A model generated the notes under the pieces. The model had not been told where the DNA came from and made no database searches. It was given only the letters and a program-made list of their open reading frames with translations. 64,000 nt of DNA from an uncultured Gemmatimonadales bacterium (GTDB lineage Bacteria > Gemmatimonadota > Gemmatimonadetes > Longimicrobiales > Gaopeijiaceae): NCBI GenBank assembly GCA_963823035.1, contig CAWGKG010000014.1, positions 1 through 64,000 of the forward strand, read 5' to 3'. Both the position numbers and the translations under genes were made by a program. This document shows, in pieces, positions 21,066 to 32,305 of the stretch (its first letter is position 1; each line of letters starts with the position of its first letter).

Positions 21066-21861
21066 TCAGGCCTTGGCGGGGGCCGGCGCCAGCGTGGTGT
21101 CGGCATCGGGCAGCGCCCCGGTGAGGATCTGACGGAGACGATCGGGCTCCACGTCGCGCTCCAGCCGCCCCCCCAGCGCCACCGAGACACGCGCCGTTTC
21201 CTCGCTCACCACGATCACCACCGCGTCGGTCTCCTCGCTCAGCCCCAACGCGGCGCGGTGCCGCGTGCCGAGCGAGCGGTCCTGCACGGAAGACTGCGTC
21301 AGCGGGAGGATGGCGCCCGCCGTCTCGATCACGTCGCCGCTGATGAGGATCGCGCCGTCGTGCAGCGGCGAATAGGGCGTGAAGATGGTGGCGATCATCT
21401 CGGCCGACACGCGCGCCTGCACGGGGCTTCCCGTCTCGGCGTACTCCTCGAGCCCCACGTCCTGCTCGACCGCGATGATGGCCCCGACGCGCGCGCGGGC
21501 CAGGCGCTCGACGGCGTCGACGATCTCCTCCGCCACCCGGCTGCCTTCCAACCGTTGGAAGACGCGCATCATCCGGCTCTGGCCGAGGCGGGCGAGCGCC
21601 GCCCGCAGCTCCGGCTGGAAGACGACCAACGCGGCGATGGCACCGTACTGGAAGAGGTACTCCATCAGCCGCGTGATGAGGACCAGATCGAGGAGACGCG
21701 CGAGACCGTAGCCGACGACGAGGAAGCACGAGGCCGAGGAGGATCTGCCGGGCCCGCGTCCGCTGCAGCACCAGCAGGATCCGGTACAGCAGGAAGGCCA
21801 CCAGCAGGATCTCGACCAGGTCCGTCCATCCTGGCCTCAGGATCTGGATCTGCTCCCACAT
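21066..21861 (-). CDS. cdaA: Diadenylate cyclase CdaA/DacA (frameshifts near 21680-21730)
   Basis: VVFQPELR, SPLHDGA, LGTRHRAALG; N-terminal TM segment in another frame. Confidence 0.9.
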
Positions 21862-21863
21862 CC

Positions 21864-22721
21864 TCAATGCCGGGCTACCTCCCCTTCCCTCCGGCGGGTC
21901 GCGGCGATCGCCTCCGCCACGATCAACGCCTGACACACGGGACGAACGTCGTGGACGCGGAAGATCCGCGCCCCCTGAAGATAGGCGGCGACGCAAGCCG
22001 CCAGCGTACCGGCCAGTCGATCCTCCGGAGGGGCGTCGAGCAGCGCTCCGAGGAAGCTCTTCCGGGAGGGTCCCACCAGGACCGGAAACCCCAACGCACG
22101 AATCGGGCCGAGGTCTCCGAGAAGGGTCAGCGAGTGCTCTGCGGACTTGGCGAATCCGATCCCCGGATCCACCACCACGGCCTCGTCGGGGATCCCTGCG
22201 ACGCGTGCCCGCTCGACGGCCGCGCCCAACTCTTCGGCGACCTCCTCGGCCACGTTCCCGTAGCGGGCGCGCCCGGTCATGTCGGCGGGTGTGCCCCTCA
22301 TGTGCGTGAGGACGACCCCTGCGCCCGCGGCCGCCACCGTCCCGGCCATGCCGGGGTCGAAGGCCAGTCCCGAGACGTCGTTGACGATCCGTGCGCCGGC
22401 CGCGAGCGCCGCTCGCGCCACGTCGGCCTTGCGGGTGTCGACGGAGAGCGGAGCGTCGAGGCGGCCCGCGGCGCGCTCCAGGAAGGGGAGGATGCGGCGA
22501 AGCTCCTCGTCGGCCGAAACCGGGTCGGCGCCCGGTCGCGTGGATTCACCGCCGACGTCGATCAGCGCGGCGCCTTCGGCGACCATGGCCTCGGCACGAT
22601 CGAGTGCCCGGTCGGCGTCGAGGTGAAGCCCTCCGTCCGAGAAGGAGTCGGGCGTGAGGTTGAGGATGCCCATGACGACGGGCGACCCGAGGGGGATGTC
22701 CCCCTCCCGGACCCGCCACAC
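21864..22721 (-). CDS. folP: Dihydropteroate synthase
   Basis: MGILNLTPDSFSDGG, DVGGESTRPG, SRKSF, RVHDV. Confidence 0.95.
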   Translation of the reverse strand: MWRVREGDIPLGSPVVMGILNLTPDSFSDGGLHLDADRALDRAEAMVAEGAALIDVGGESTRPGADPVSADEELRRILPFLERAAGRLDAPLSVDTRKADVARAALAAGARIVNDVSGLAFDPGMAGTVAAAGAGVVLTHMRGTPADMTGRARYGNVAEEVAEELGAAVERARVAGIPDEAVVVDPGIGFAKSAEHSLTLLGDLGPIRALGFPVLVGPSRKSFLGALLDAPPEDRLAGTLAACVAAYLQGARIFRVHDVRPVCQALIVAEAIAATRRREGEVARH

Positions 22722-22740
22722 GGGAGCCGTGACGGGAGCC

Positions 22741-24753
22741 TCAGGCGTCGTCGAAGACCGTGAACCCCGGCGCGGCGCCGGGCAGCGGGTCGTCGCCCGG
22801 CAACGGGAGCGCAGGCGGCGGCGCCGGGACCGGACGGTGCATGACCTCCGGCGACTTGGGCGCCGGAGCCGGCAGGACGGGCGGCGGCGGCAGCGGGTCG
22901 CCGCGCTCGAGCGTCTCGATCTGCGTGCGGTCGAGCGTCTCGCGCTCGAGGAGCGCGAGCGCGATCCGCTCCAGCAGGTCGGAGTTCACCTCGAGCACCT
23001 GGCGCGCCTTGTCGTGCGCCTCGTCCAGGATGCGCTTGACCTCCTGGTCGACGAGACGAGCCGTGTGCTCCGAGACCTGACGGCGCTGCACCAGCTCGCG
23101 CCCGAGGAAGACCTCGTGCTCGGCGTCGCCGATCGCCATCAGCCCGATCACCTCGCTCATCCCGAACTGGGTGACCATGCGTCGCGCCATCGCCGTGGCA
23201 CGTTCGATGTCGTTGCCCGCGCCGGTGGTGACATCCTCCTCGCCGAAGATCATCTCCTCGGCCACGCGGCCGCCGAAGAGCATGGCGAGCTGACCCTCCA
23301 GCCATTCCTTCCGGTAGGAGTGGCGGTCCTCCTCGGGCAGGCTGGCCGTGATGCCGAGGGCGCGTCCGCGGGGCACGATCGTCACCTTGTGGACCGGATC
23401 GAGCCCCGGGATCTTCAGCCCCATGACGGCGTGACCCGCCTCGTGATAGGCCGTGAGCTTCCGCTCCCGCTCCGTGAGGACGAGGCTGCGGCGCTCGGTG
23501 CCGAGCATGACCTTGTCCTTGGCCTGCTCGAAGTCGACCATCGACACCTTGTCCACGCCGCGCCGTGCGGCCAGCAAGGCCGCCTCGTTGCACACGTTGG
23601 CCAGGTCCGCACCGCTCATGCCGGGCGTGCCGCGGGCGATGAGCCCAAGCTCGACGTTGTCGGCCAGCGGCAGCTTCTTCGCGTGCACGCGCAGGATGCC
23701 CTCGCGGCCCTTCACGTCGGGCGCGTCCACCACGACCTGGCGGTCGAAGCGACCCGGGCGCAGCAGCGCGGGATCGAGCACGTCCGGGCGGTTCGTGGCT
23801 GCCAGGAGGATGACGCCCTCGTTGGACTCGAAGCCGTCCATCTCCACGAGGAGCGCGTTCAGCGTCTGCTCGCGCTCGTCGTGCCCGCCACCGAGCCCGG
23901 CGCCACGGTGCCGGCCCACGGCATCGATCTCGTCGACGAAGATGATGCACGGCGCGTGGGCCTTGCCCTGCTCGAAGAGGTCGCGCACGCGCGATGCGCC
24001 GACGCCGACGAACATCTCGACGAAATCGGAGCCCGACATCTGGAAGAACGGACGGCCGGCCTCACCGGCCACCGCGCGCGCCAGCAGCGTCTTGCCGGTT
24101 CCGGGCGGGCCCACGAGGAGCACGCCCTTGGGAAGTCGCCCGCCGAGCCGGCTGAAGCGCGCGGGGTCCTTGAGGAACTCGATGATCTCCTGGAGCTCCT
24201 CCTTGGCCTCGTCGGCGCCCGCCACGTCCGCGAAGGTCACCTTGGGCGTGTCCGGGCTGATCAGCTTGGCCTTCGAGCGTCCGAACTGGAAGGCTCGGTT
24301 CCCACCGCCCTGCATCGTGCGGAAGATCCAGAACCAGAAGGCGATGAAGAGCAGCCAGGGAAGCGCCGTCAGGAGGAAGGTGCCCCACCCCGCTTGCGGC
24401 TCCTCGGCCTCGACGATGACGTCGGCGCCCTCGAGCTGCGGGACCAGCGTGTCCTCGGCACCCGGCGGGATCGTGACCGCGAAGTCCGTGGTCTCCTGCC
24501 CCTCGCGCTGCACCGGGGCACGCAACTCACCCTCGAGGTTCCTTCCCTTGAACGTGACCTTGTGGATGTTCCCCGCCGCGAGCTGCGCCTTGAACTCGGT
24601 GTAGTTGAAGTCCGCCGCGGTCTTGCGGTCGCCGCGCACCAACTGGAGCGCGACCACGAACATCAGGACCATGAGGATCCAGAACGCAGCCGTCTTGGAG
24701 AGCCGCGCCCACCGGGAGCCGCCGTCGGGTCGGATGGGATCGTGATCAGGCAT
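22741..24753 (-). CDS. ftsH: ATP-dependent zinc metalloprotease FtsH
   Basis: [28 protein letters not shown]. Confidence 0.97.
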   Translation of the reverse strand: MPDHDPIRPDGGSRWARLSKTAAFWILMVLMFVVALQLVRGDRKTAADFNYTEFKAQLAAGNIHKVTFKGRNLEGELRAPVQREGQETTDFAVTIPPGAEDTLVPQLEGADVIVEAEEPQAGWGTFLLTALPWLLFIAFWFWIFRTMQGGGNRAFQFGRSKAKLISPDTPKVTFADVAGADEAKEELQEIIEFLKDPARFSRLGGRLPKGVLLVGPPGTGKTLLARAVAGEAGRPFFQMSGSDFVEMFVGVGASRVRDLFEQGKAHAPCIIFVDEIDAVGRHRGAGLGGGHDEREQTLNALLVEMDGFESNEGVILLAATNRPDVLDPALLRPGRFDRQVVVDAPDVKGREGILRVHAKKLPLADNVELGLIARGTPGMSGADLANVCNEAALLAARRGVDKVSMVDFEQAKDKVMLGTERRSLVLTERERKLTAYHEAGHAVMGLKIPGLDPVHKVTIVPRGRALGITASLPEEDRHSYRKEWLEGQLAMLFGGRVAEEMIFGEEDVTTGAGNDIERATAMARRMVTQFGMSEVIGLMAIGDAEHEVFLGRELVQRRQVSEHTARLVDQEVKRILDEAHDKARQVLEVNSDLLERIALALLERETLDRTQIETLERGDPLPPPPVLPAPAPKSPEVMHRPVPAPPPALPLPGDDPLPGAAPGFTVFDDA

Positions 24754-24814
24754 CGGCTGTCGTTCTCATGCGTGCGCTCACGCGTGCGGCGCGGGACGTC
24801 GTCCGGAGCATATT

Positions 24815-25363
24815 CTAGAGACTGGCAATATAAGGCAGATGACGGAAATCTTCCGCGTAATCTAGTCCATACCCCACGAGGAACTCATTGGGTGCATCGA
24901 ATCCCACCCAGCGCGGCTCCGGATCCAGCGCCGTGAGCCGCTTGTGCAACAGGGCGCAGATGTCGATGCTCGCCGGCCCCCGCTCGCGCAGTCGGGGAAT
25001 CAGGCGGTTCAGCGTCGCCCCGCTGTCCACGATGTCCTCTACGATGATCACCGCCCGATCCGTCAGCGACGCTTCCGGATCGTAGAGGAGCTGGACGTCT
25101 CCGGACGAGACCTTGCCGCTTCCGTAGCTGGCCGCGACCAGGAAGTCCACCTGAAGAGGGAGGTCGATCGCGCGGACCAGATCCGCCAGGAAGAGGAACG
25201 ATCCCTTCAGAAGGCCGACCACCAGAACCCTGTCGGCGGCCGTGAAGTCGCGGGAGATATCCGCGCCCATCTCCAGCACGCGCGCCCGCAGCTGCTCTTC
25301 GCTGAAGACGATGCGCCGGAGCTTCTGGCCCCCGAGCTTCGAGTTCTCAGTCAGAATCGGCAT
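24815..25363 (-). CDS. hpt: Hypoxanthine phosphoribosyltransferase
   Basis: IIVEDIVDSG, FLVGYGLDY. Confidence 0.95.
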   Translation of the reverse strand: MPILTENSKLGGQKLRRIVFSEEQLRARVLEMGADISRDFTAADRVLVVGLLKGSFLFLADLVRAIDLPLQVDFLVAASYGSGKVSSGDVQLLYDPEASLTDRAVIIVEDIVDSGATLNRLIPRLRERGPASIDICALLHKRLTALDPEPRWVGFDAPNEFLVGYGLDYAEDFRHLPYIASL

Positions 25364-26715
25364 GGGTGATCCCGATGTAGATGACCCCCTCCCGTTCCGA
25401 GGGCCGCGCGTCCGCCGAGCGCACCACGTCGGGCACCCAGAGAACCGCGCCGGTCGCGTCCAGCACCACCGGAATCCGATGGCGCCGCCCGGGCGGCACC
25501 CGGGCCTCCAGAAACAGCTTCTTCAACTTCTTGGATCCGTAGGGGAGCCGGGCCCGGTCACCGGGCATCCAACCCCGCACCTCCAGCGGAAAGCGGAGGG
25601 TCGCGAGGGCGAACGCTTCCCGCCACCCCTCTCCCCCCCATTCCTCTTCGCACCATCGGACCCGGTAGGCCGCGCCGCACAGGCGGACTCCGACCTCACC
25701 CGCGTTCGGCCCGTCGATGCTGGCCGGCGCATCCGGTCCTTCGGCCCGGACGCGCGCGAGCACGAGCCGTTCGAGCTCGCGGCGCAGCGTGAGCCCCCCA
25801 CCGAGGGAGACCTCCCCGCCGCTCTCGCCCGAGCTACTAAACTCGACGGCCAATCGGGTTCCGGCTTGTCCGGGGGCCCTTCCGAGCCGGCGCGCCAACG
25901 CCCGGACCAGGCGCGCTCGCACCGCTCGGTGCAAGCGGGAGAACGCCGCGCGGTCCAGGGACACGCCCTCCCCCTCGGGGCGCGCGTCGACGCCTTCGAG
26001 CAGGCCCGGCAGGAGGCTGTGCCAGGCGTCCTCGTTCTCGCGGGCCAACCGGGCGAGCCCGGTGAGCGCGCGCCGCGCCTCCGGTGCCACGCGAGCCTCT
26101 GCCTCGGGGAGGATCCGGTTCCGGATCACGTTGCGCGCGAAGGGCTCGGCGTTGGTGGGGTCCTCCCTCCAGGACAGCCCCGACAAGACGGCGTAGTCGA
26201 GGATCTCCCGCCGCGTGAAGGCGAGGAGCGGGCGCCAGAGGCGCGGCACCCGCCGCTCCCGGATTCCCCGCAGCCCCCGGATGCCGGTGCCGCGCAGGGC
26301 ACGGAAGAGCACCGTCTCCGCCTGATCGTCGGCGTGGTGCGCGGTCAGCGTCAGGCGAGCTCCCACCTCCGACGCGCACCCGCTCGAGGAAGGCGTAGCG
26401 TTGGCGCCTCGCCTCGGCCTCGCTGGCGGGTGGCGGGTCCAGGCGGACGCTCCTCGCCTCGACCCCCCACGCGGCGCACACCCCGTGGACCCAGGCCGCG
26501 TCCCGGGCGCTGCCGACGCGCATGGCGTGGTCCACGTGGGCGGCCACCAGGCGGAGGCGAGGGATCCCGGGCGCGAAGCGGAGGAGGTGGAGGAGCGCCA
26601 TCGAATCGACCCCGCCGGACAGCCCCACCACGACCGCGTCCGTGTCGCCGAGGCCGCCCCGTGCGCGCACCCGGGGCGCGAAGCGATCCGCGAGCGGCCC
26701 GGCACGATCGGTCAC
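25347..26715 (-). CDS. tilS: tRNA(Ile)-lysidine synthetase (frameshift near 26370)
   Basis: SGGVDS, AHHADDQAETVL, RNVIR; tilS-hpt-ftsH synteny. Confidence 0.92.
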
Positions 26716-27560
26716 GGGGGCACGTCCCCCTCCCGCAGACCGGGCGGCGCGGGTCGGCCCAACTCTTCGACGAGCACGCGTGCCAGGAGGTCCGGTCGGT
26801 CGGACTGGATCCCGTCGACGCCCCAGGAGAGGAGGCGACGCATGTCGTCCGGCTCGTCCACGGTCCACACCTGCACGGGGAGGTTGCGTCGGTGCGCTTC
26901 CCGCACGAACGCCGGCGTGACGATCTGCATCCCCTTCCACCGCTCGGGCACCTGCAGGATGTCCGCCGCCGGGGTGTACAGCGCACCCCCGGGCAGCCTG
27001 TGCGTGATCCACAGGAGGAGGGCGTGGTGCCGGCTGGCGCCCCAGGGGCCGGTGTAGCCGCGCGCGCCGGCCCGTCGGTGCTCGAACTCGGCCGCGACCA
27101 GCACGCGCTCCTCGGCGCCGTGGCGACGGATGACTTCCGCGAGGGGCGCCGCCGCCTCGGCCGCCTTCACCTCCACGTTCAGGCGGCTGTCGGGAAACTC
27201 GGTGAGGAGGTCCTCGAAGCGCGGGATGCGCACGCCCTGCCCCCGGAAGGCGGGGCGACCCTCGAGGTCGACGAAGCGGTATCCGGCGTCCAGCCGCTCC
27301 AGCTCCCGCATGGTGAGCGAGGCCACCGCGCCGGTGCCGTCGGTCGTGCGGTCGACCGTCGCGTCGTGAATGACCACCACCTCGCCGTCCGCGGTGAGGT
27401 GGACGTCCAGCTCCAGCATGTCCGCCTCCCACGCGTCCGTCGCGTTCCGGAAGGAGGCGAGGGTGTTCTCCGGGGCCAGCCGCGATCCTCCGCGGTGGGC
27501 CACCAGAAGGGGCGCGCCCGCGTTGTAGTTGCGCCCCGGCCGAGGGGTGGGAAGGGTCAC
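26712..27560 (-). CDS. Glycerophosphodiester phosphodiesterase
   Basis: AHRGG, PENTL, ELDVHLTADG, HD, VWTVD. Confidence 0.92.
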   Translation of the reverse strand: MTLPTPRPGRNYNAGAPLLVAHRGGSRLAPENTLASFRNATDAWEADMLELDVHLTADGEVVVIHDATVDRTTDGTGAVASLTMRELERLDAGYRFVDLEGRPAFRGQGVRIPRFEDLLTEFPDSRLNVEVKAAEAAAPLAEVIRRHGAEERVLVAAEFEHRRAGARGYTGPWGASRHHALLLWITHRLPGGALYTPAADILQVPERWKGMQIVTPAFVREAHRRNLPVQVWTVDEPDDMRRLLSWGVDGIQSDRPDLLARVLVEELGRPAPPGLREGDVPP

Positions 27561-27582
27561 CGCGTCGCCGGCTGATGGAGGG

Positions 27583-28095
27583 TCAGTTGCGGTGTCGGCT
27601 CTCGAGGCGCTCGATGTCGCCGCGGGCCAGCCCGTGGTACTGGTAGAGCACGAGGTCGATGAGGCGGCTCGTCATGTCCAGCTCGGTGCGCATGCGCTCC
27701 TCGCTGTCGGGATCGGGACCGGCCAGGCCATCCTCGAGCTCGACCACGCGCGAGGCCAGGAAGCCGAGGATGTCTTCCACGACCTCGGGGCGCGGGCTCG
27801 CGGGCGCCTTGGCGTCCGGCATCACCTCGGTGAGCAGCAGGCCGCGCACGAACGCCAGGAACCCCGGAAAGGCCAGCTCCGTGAGCGAGCCCTCCTCGAG
27901 CGCCTCCTCGTCGGTGATGTTCTCCCACTCGAGCTCGTTCCAGTAGAGGTCCTCCGCCTCCTCGCGCAGGAAGGCCCGGATCTTCGCGGAGAGGGGAGAA
28001 CGGGGCCCCGTCCGGGGCTCGTCGACGTTGCGCCCGAGCTGGCGCTCCAGGCGCTCACGGCGGCCACCCAGAAGCGTGCTGACGCGATCGGTCAT
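27583..28095 (-). CDS. Acidic helical hypothetical protein
   Basis: MTDRVSTLLGGRRERL...LYWNELEWE...; GAGG RBS. Confidence 0.65.
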   Translation of the reverse strand: MTDRVSTLLGGRRERLERQLGRNVDEPRTGPRSPLSAKIRAFLREEAEDLYWNELEWENITDEEALEEGSLTELAFPGFLAFVRGLLLTEVMPDAKAPASPRPEVVEDILGFLASRVVELEDGLAGPDPDSEERMRTELDMTSRLIDLVLYQYHGLARGDIERLESRHRN

Positions 28096-28259
28096 GATGT
28101 CCTCGACGTTGGAACGGTTCGCCCCGGACCCATCCGGGAGGAGGCAAGATAGGTGCCGCCAGGCGGCCAGGGAACCGGGCCCGCGTGCCGCTGGCGCGAT
28201 CCGTCGCGGGGGCCGACTTTGACTCCGTCGTACCCACTCCCACGGGCACCGGACACGCC

Positions 28260-29519
28260 ATGACCCGCTCCCTCCTGCTGGCGGCACTCCTCCTCCTCCC
28301 CTCCCCGGCCTCGGCGCAGGAAGCGCTGCTCCTGCGCCCCGACCGGGTGTTCGACGGCGAGGCCATGCACGACGGGTGGGCGGTGCTGGTGCGCGACGGC
28401 CGGATCGAGGCCGCGGGCGCCTCCGTCCGTCTCCCCTCCGGAGGGCGCGAGATCGTGCTGCGCGGCGCCACCCTCCTGCCGGGGCTGATCGAGGGGCACA
28501 GCCACGTCCTGCTGCACCCGTACGACGAGACCCCGTGGAACGACCAGGTGCTCTTCGAGTCGCTCGCCGAGCGGGTGGCCCGCGCCACCGTCCACGTGCG
28601 GGCGACGCTGATGGCCGGCGTGACGACGGAGCGCGACCTCGGGACGGAGGGGGCCGGCTTCGCCGACGTCGGGATCGCCGCGGCGATCCGCAAGGGCGTG
28701 ATCCCGGGACCTCGCCTGCTCGTCGCCGGACGCGCGATCGTCGCCACCGGCAGCTACGGGCCCAAGGGCGCGCCCGAGTGGAACCTCCCGAAGGGCGCCC
28801 AGGAAGCCGACGGCGTGGACGGCCTGGTTCAGGCGGCACGGGAGCAGATCGGGCGCGGCATCGACTGGGTGAAGGTCTACGCGGACTACCGCTGGGGCCC
28901 GCACGGGGAGGCGCGGCCCACCTTCACGCAGGAGGAGCTCACCCGCCTCGTCGAGGTGGCGGAGAGCTCCGGCCGCCACGTTTCGGCGCACGCCTCCACG
29001 GACGAGGGGATGCGCCGCGCCGCGATGGCCGGCGTGCGCACGATCGAGCACGGCGACGGGGGCACCGACGAGACGTTCCGGCTCATGGCGGAGCGCGGGA
29101 TCGGGTTCTGTCCCACGCTCGCCGCCACCGACGCCACCTCGCAGTACGCGGGATGGCACAAGGGCGTCGACCCCGAGCCGCGCGGGGTCGTGGCCAAGCG
29201 GGCGATGTTCCAGCGCGCCCTGCAGGCCGGCGTGGCCATGTGCATGGGGGGCGACGTGGGCGTCTACACGCACGGGGACAACGTCCGTGAGGCCGTGCTC
29301 ATGGCGGAGTACGGGATGGACCCCGTGGCGGTGCTGCACGCCGCCACCGCGGGCAACGCCGACATCCTCGACCTCCCCGACCGCGGACGGGTGAAGGAGG
29401 GGCTGCTCGCCGACCTCGTGGCCGTGCGCGGGGATCCTTCCCGCGACGTCGCGGCGCTGCGCGACGTCGTGCTGGTCGTGAAGGGGGGCGAGGTGGTGCG
29501 GGACGAGACCGGCCGCTAG
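28260..29519 (+). CDS. Secreted metal-dependent amidohydrolase (Xaa-Pro dipeptidase-like)
   Basis: Signal peptide, LLPGLIEGHSH, VKVY, AHA, IEHG, ADLVAV. Confidence 0.88.
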   Translation: MTRSLLLAALLLLPSPASAQEALLLRPDRVFDGEAMHDGWAVLVRDGRIEAAGASVRLPSGGREIVLRGATLLPGLIEGHSHVLLHPYDETPWNDQVLFESLAERVARATVHVRATLMAGVTTERDLGTEGAGFADVGIAAAIRKGVIPGPRLLVAGRAIVATGSYGPKGAPEWNLPKGAQEADGVDGLVQAAREQIGRGIDWVKVYADYRWGPHGEARPTFTQEELTRLVEVAESSGRHVSAHASTDEGMRRAAMAGVRTIEHGDGGTDETFRLMAERGIGFCPTLAATDATSQYAGWHKGVDPEPRGVVAKRAMFQRALQAGVAMCMGGDVGVYTHGDNVREAVLMAEYGMDPVAVLHAATAGNADILDLPDRGRVKEGLLADLVAVRGDPSRDVAALRDVVLVVKGGEVVRDETGR

Positions 29520-29524
29520 CCGCC

Positions 29525-30128
29525 GTGGAGGCCGTGCGCAACTGGATTGCCGAGCGCGTGGCCGGGCGGCGCTGGCTCTACCGCCTCCCCGTCCTGCTCG
29601 TGCTCGCCTGGATCGCGCGCGGCTACCTGGCCGACGCCGGGGCGACGTCGATCCTCTCCGGCGTCACGCTCGGCTTCCACGAGATGGGCCACGCCTTCTT
29701 CTCCTTCTTCGGGCACCGTTTCCTCACGGCCGCGGGCGGTACGATCTTCCAGCTCGGCGTGCCTCTGGCGGCGGCCGTCTACCTCGCGGTGCGCCAGCGG
29801 GACCCCTTCGGCGCCGCGTTCTGCCTCTTCTGGCTCGGCACGGCGCTGGTGGAGGCCGGCCACTACGCGGCGGACGCCCGCGCCCAGGCGCTCCACGCTG
29901 GTCTCGCCCTTCGGCGCCGTGGACGTCGACAGCCACGACTGGACGGTCATGCTCCTCAGGGTCGGCAAGCTGTCGAAGGACCAGGAGATCGGCGCCGTCC
30001 TCACCGGGGCGGGCCGCATCGTGCTGGTGGGCTCCATCCTCGCGGGGGCGTGGATCCTGCGGATCATGGCCACGACGGTCGGGCCGAGCGCTAGAGAGGC
30101 GAGCGCCGGCGCCACCCCTCCCCGTTGA
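29525..30128 (+). CDS. Membrane protein with HExxH (M50-like), frameshift near 29895
   Basis: FHEMGH, AAGGTIFQL, YAADARAQAL then HDW in the next frame. Confidence 0.7.
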
Positions 30129-30134
30129 CGCAGA

Positions 30135-30165
30135 ACGGCCCCCCGGGGAGCACCCGGGAGGCCGT
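30135..30165 (-). terminator. Hairpin between convergent genes (probable terminator)
   Basis: ACGGCCTCCCGGG-loop-CCCGGGGGGCCGT stem on the minus strand. Confidence 0.55.
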
Positions 30166-30189
30166 CCCTTCCGAGAAGTCGGGCGTGAC

Positions 30190-30957
30190 CTACGCGACCC
30201 GGCGCCGCCGCGCGAGCGGAACGAGCGCGACGAGGCCGGTGAAGAGCAGCAGGAGCGTGCCCGGCTCCGGGACCGTGGTCGTGCTCAGCGTGGCCGCCGC
30301 GTACACACCGCGGCCGGCGGCGTCACTGAACACCTGCGTGGTCCACGCGCTCGCGCCCGTGGCGGAGATGCTGTTGCCGTTGTTGCCGAAGATGCTCGAC
30401 ACGCCGGTGAACAGCGGGGCGCCGAAGGGGCCCATCGCGTCGAAGCCCGTCGTGTTCACCGTGCCGACGCCGTTGTACGTGCTCGCGAAGGAGAGCCCCA
30501 CGCCGTTGAGGAACGTGTTGGAGTACGCGGCCTCGGCCGCGGACCCGCCGATGCCCGTGCCGCCCCAGTAGAAGACGTTGCCGCCTCCGCTGGCGTAGGA
30601 GGCGAGTCCGGCACCGTTCAGGGTGGTGACGCCCTCCGAGAAGACCGCGTCGTATCCGGCGAACGAGGCCGGCGCGGCGTCGACGGTGACCGAGTAGCCC
30701 AGGCCCGTCAGGTAGTTCTGGAAGGTGACGTTCGTCAGGAACGCGCTTCCGGAATAGAGCAGGACGCTCCCGCTCCCCCCGAGGCCGAACCAATCCAGCG
30801 CGTTCGACACGAACTGCTGCTCGTTCGTGTTGAAGTACCCGGTGTTGGTCATCCACTCGTCGTGGGAGACCACGACCTTCTGGGCCGCGAGGTCCATCCC
30901 CGAGAACGCGAAGCTGATCGCGAGCGCGACCCCGAGCACGACCGTCGACTTCCGCAT
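30190..30957 (-). CDS. PEP-CTERM sorting domain surface protein
   Basis: Signal peptide; C-terminus VPEPGTLLLLFTGLVALVPLARRRR. Confidence 0.92.
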   Translation of the reverse strand: MRKSTVVLGVALAISFAFSGMDLAAQKVVVSHDEWMTNTGYFNTNEQQFVSNALDWFGLGGSGSVLLYSGSAFLTNVTFQNYLTGLGYSVTVDAAPASFAGYDAVFSEGVTTLNGAGLASYASGGGNVFYWGGTGIGGSAAEAAYSNTFLNGVGLSFASTYNGVGTVNTTGFDAMGPFGAPLFTGVSSIFGNNGNSISATGASAWTTQVFSDAAGRGVYAAATLSTTTVPEPGTLLLLFTGLVALVPLARRRRVA

Positions 30958-31132
30958 GTCTTTTCCTACCTGAAGAGTGCCATCCGCTGAGCGAGCGGTC
31001 CCATATATGGGGGACGTGACAGGCGGGTGCAACCCTTTTCTTCGACGCCTCGGCGCGAAGCCGTGGTGCCCAGCGCGACAATGGCCCCCGGGAGGGCATC
31101 ATCCCCCCCGAGGGCCGTTCTCCCCACAGCCA

Positions 31133-31206
31133 TGCCGGAGGAGGGACTCGAACCCCCGACACGCGGATTATGATTCCGCTGCTCTAACCGACTGAGCTAC
31201 TCCGGC
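31133..31206 (-). tRNA. tRNA-Met (anticodon CAT, probably elongator; CCA not encoded)
   Basis: GCCGGAGTAGCTCAGTCGGTTAGAGCAGCGGAATCATAATCCGCGTGTCGGGGGTTCGAGTCCCTCCTCCGGCA cloverleaf; G1-C72 pair argues against initiator. Confidence 0.93.
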
Positions 31207-31216
31207 TCGGGTGGAA

Positions 31217-31245
31217 AAGCTCATCCGCCGGCAGGGGGATGTCAA
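31217..31245 (-). promoter_or_regulatory. Putative sigma70 promoter of the tRNA
   Basis: TTGACA-N17-GAGCTT just upstream of the tRNA 5' end. Confidence 0.45.
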
Positions 31246-31351
31246 CTGAGCGCGGCGGCCCCCACATCGGCCAGGAACGGGTGGGGCCGGAAGCTTGCGC
31301 GCGGGGCCCCGGGGCGCGACGCTCAGGGTATCCTCAGCCAGGGAGGAATGC

Positions 31352-32305
31352 ATGGATCTCAACGCCTTGCTCGTCGCGGCATCGGTCGTCGGTGGGCTCG
31401 GGCTTCTCACCAGCCTTCGCGTTCTCTTCGAGTACGAGCGGGGGGTCATCTTCCGCCTGGGCAAGCTCACGCGCGCCAAGGGCCCCGGGCTGATCTTCCT
31501 CGTGCCGTTCGGCGTCGAGCGGATGCGCAAGATGGACCTGCGCATCGTGGCGCTCGACATCGCGCCGCAGGACACGATCACGAAGGACAACGTCAGCGTG
31601 CGCGTCAACGCGGTGGTGTACTTCCGCGTGGCCGACCCGACCAAGGCCGTGATCGAGATCGAGGACTACTACTTCGCGACCAGCCAGCTCGCGCAGACCA
31701 CGCTCCGCTCCGTGATCGGCCAGTCCGAGCTGGACGAGCTGCTCGCCGAGCGGGAGCGGATCAACGAGGTCGTCCGCGAGATCATCGACGAGGGCACGGA
31801 CCAGTGGGGGATCGAGGTCACCGGCGTCGAGATCAAGGACATCGACCTCCCGCAGGAGATGAAGCGCGCCATGGCACGTCAGGCCGAGGCCGAGCGTGAG
31901 CGGCGCGGGAAGGTCATCGCGGCCGAGGGCGAGTACCAGGCGTCCATGAAGCTGGTGGCCGCGGCCGAGATCATGGAGCGGTTCCCCGTGGCGCTCCAGC
32001 TCCGCTTCCTGCAGACCGTGGTCGAGATCGCGGCCGAGAACAACTCGACGACGATCTTCCCGATCCCGATCGAGCTGTTCCGACCGATCATCGAGCGCGG
32101 CGTGGGCGCCGCGGACCGGGAGTCCACCGCGCGGGCCCTCAAGTTCGCGGCCGAGCAGATGATCGAGGCCCTCCCCGAGGGAGGCGATCGCGCCGCCATC
32201 AAGGCGGCCGCACAGAGGATGATCGGCATGTCCACCGCGGTGCGCGAGGAGCCGGAGAAGGCGGTCCTGACGCGCCCGGGCGAGGAAGACGATCCCGAAG
32301 GCTGA
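31352..32305 (+). CDS. SPFH/stomatin-like (slipin) protein
   Basis: [42 protein letters not shown]. Confidence 0.93.
   Translation: MDLNALLVAASVVGGLGLLTSLRVLFEYERGVIFRLGKLTRAKGPGLIFLVPFGVERMRKMDLRIVALDIAPQDTITKDNVSVRVNAVVYFRVADPTKAVIEIEDYYFATSQLAQTTLRSVIGQSELDELLAERERINEVVREIIDEGTDQWGIEVTGVEIKDIDLPQEMKRAMARQAEAERERRGKVIAAEGEYQASMKLVAAAEIMERFPVALQLRFLQTVVEIAAENNSTTIFPIPIELFRPIIERGVGAADRESTARALKFAAEQMIEALPEGGDRAAIKAAAQRMIGMSTAVREEPEKAVLTRPGEEDDPEG

Noticed and set aside
31133..31206. tRNA-Ile2 (lysidine) given nearby tilS, or a prophage att site
   Set aside because: The sequence looks more like elongator Met (not formally excluded without tRNAscan-SE); no integrase or duplicated 3' end seen
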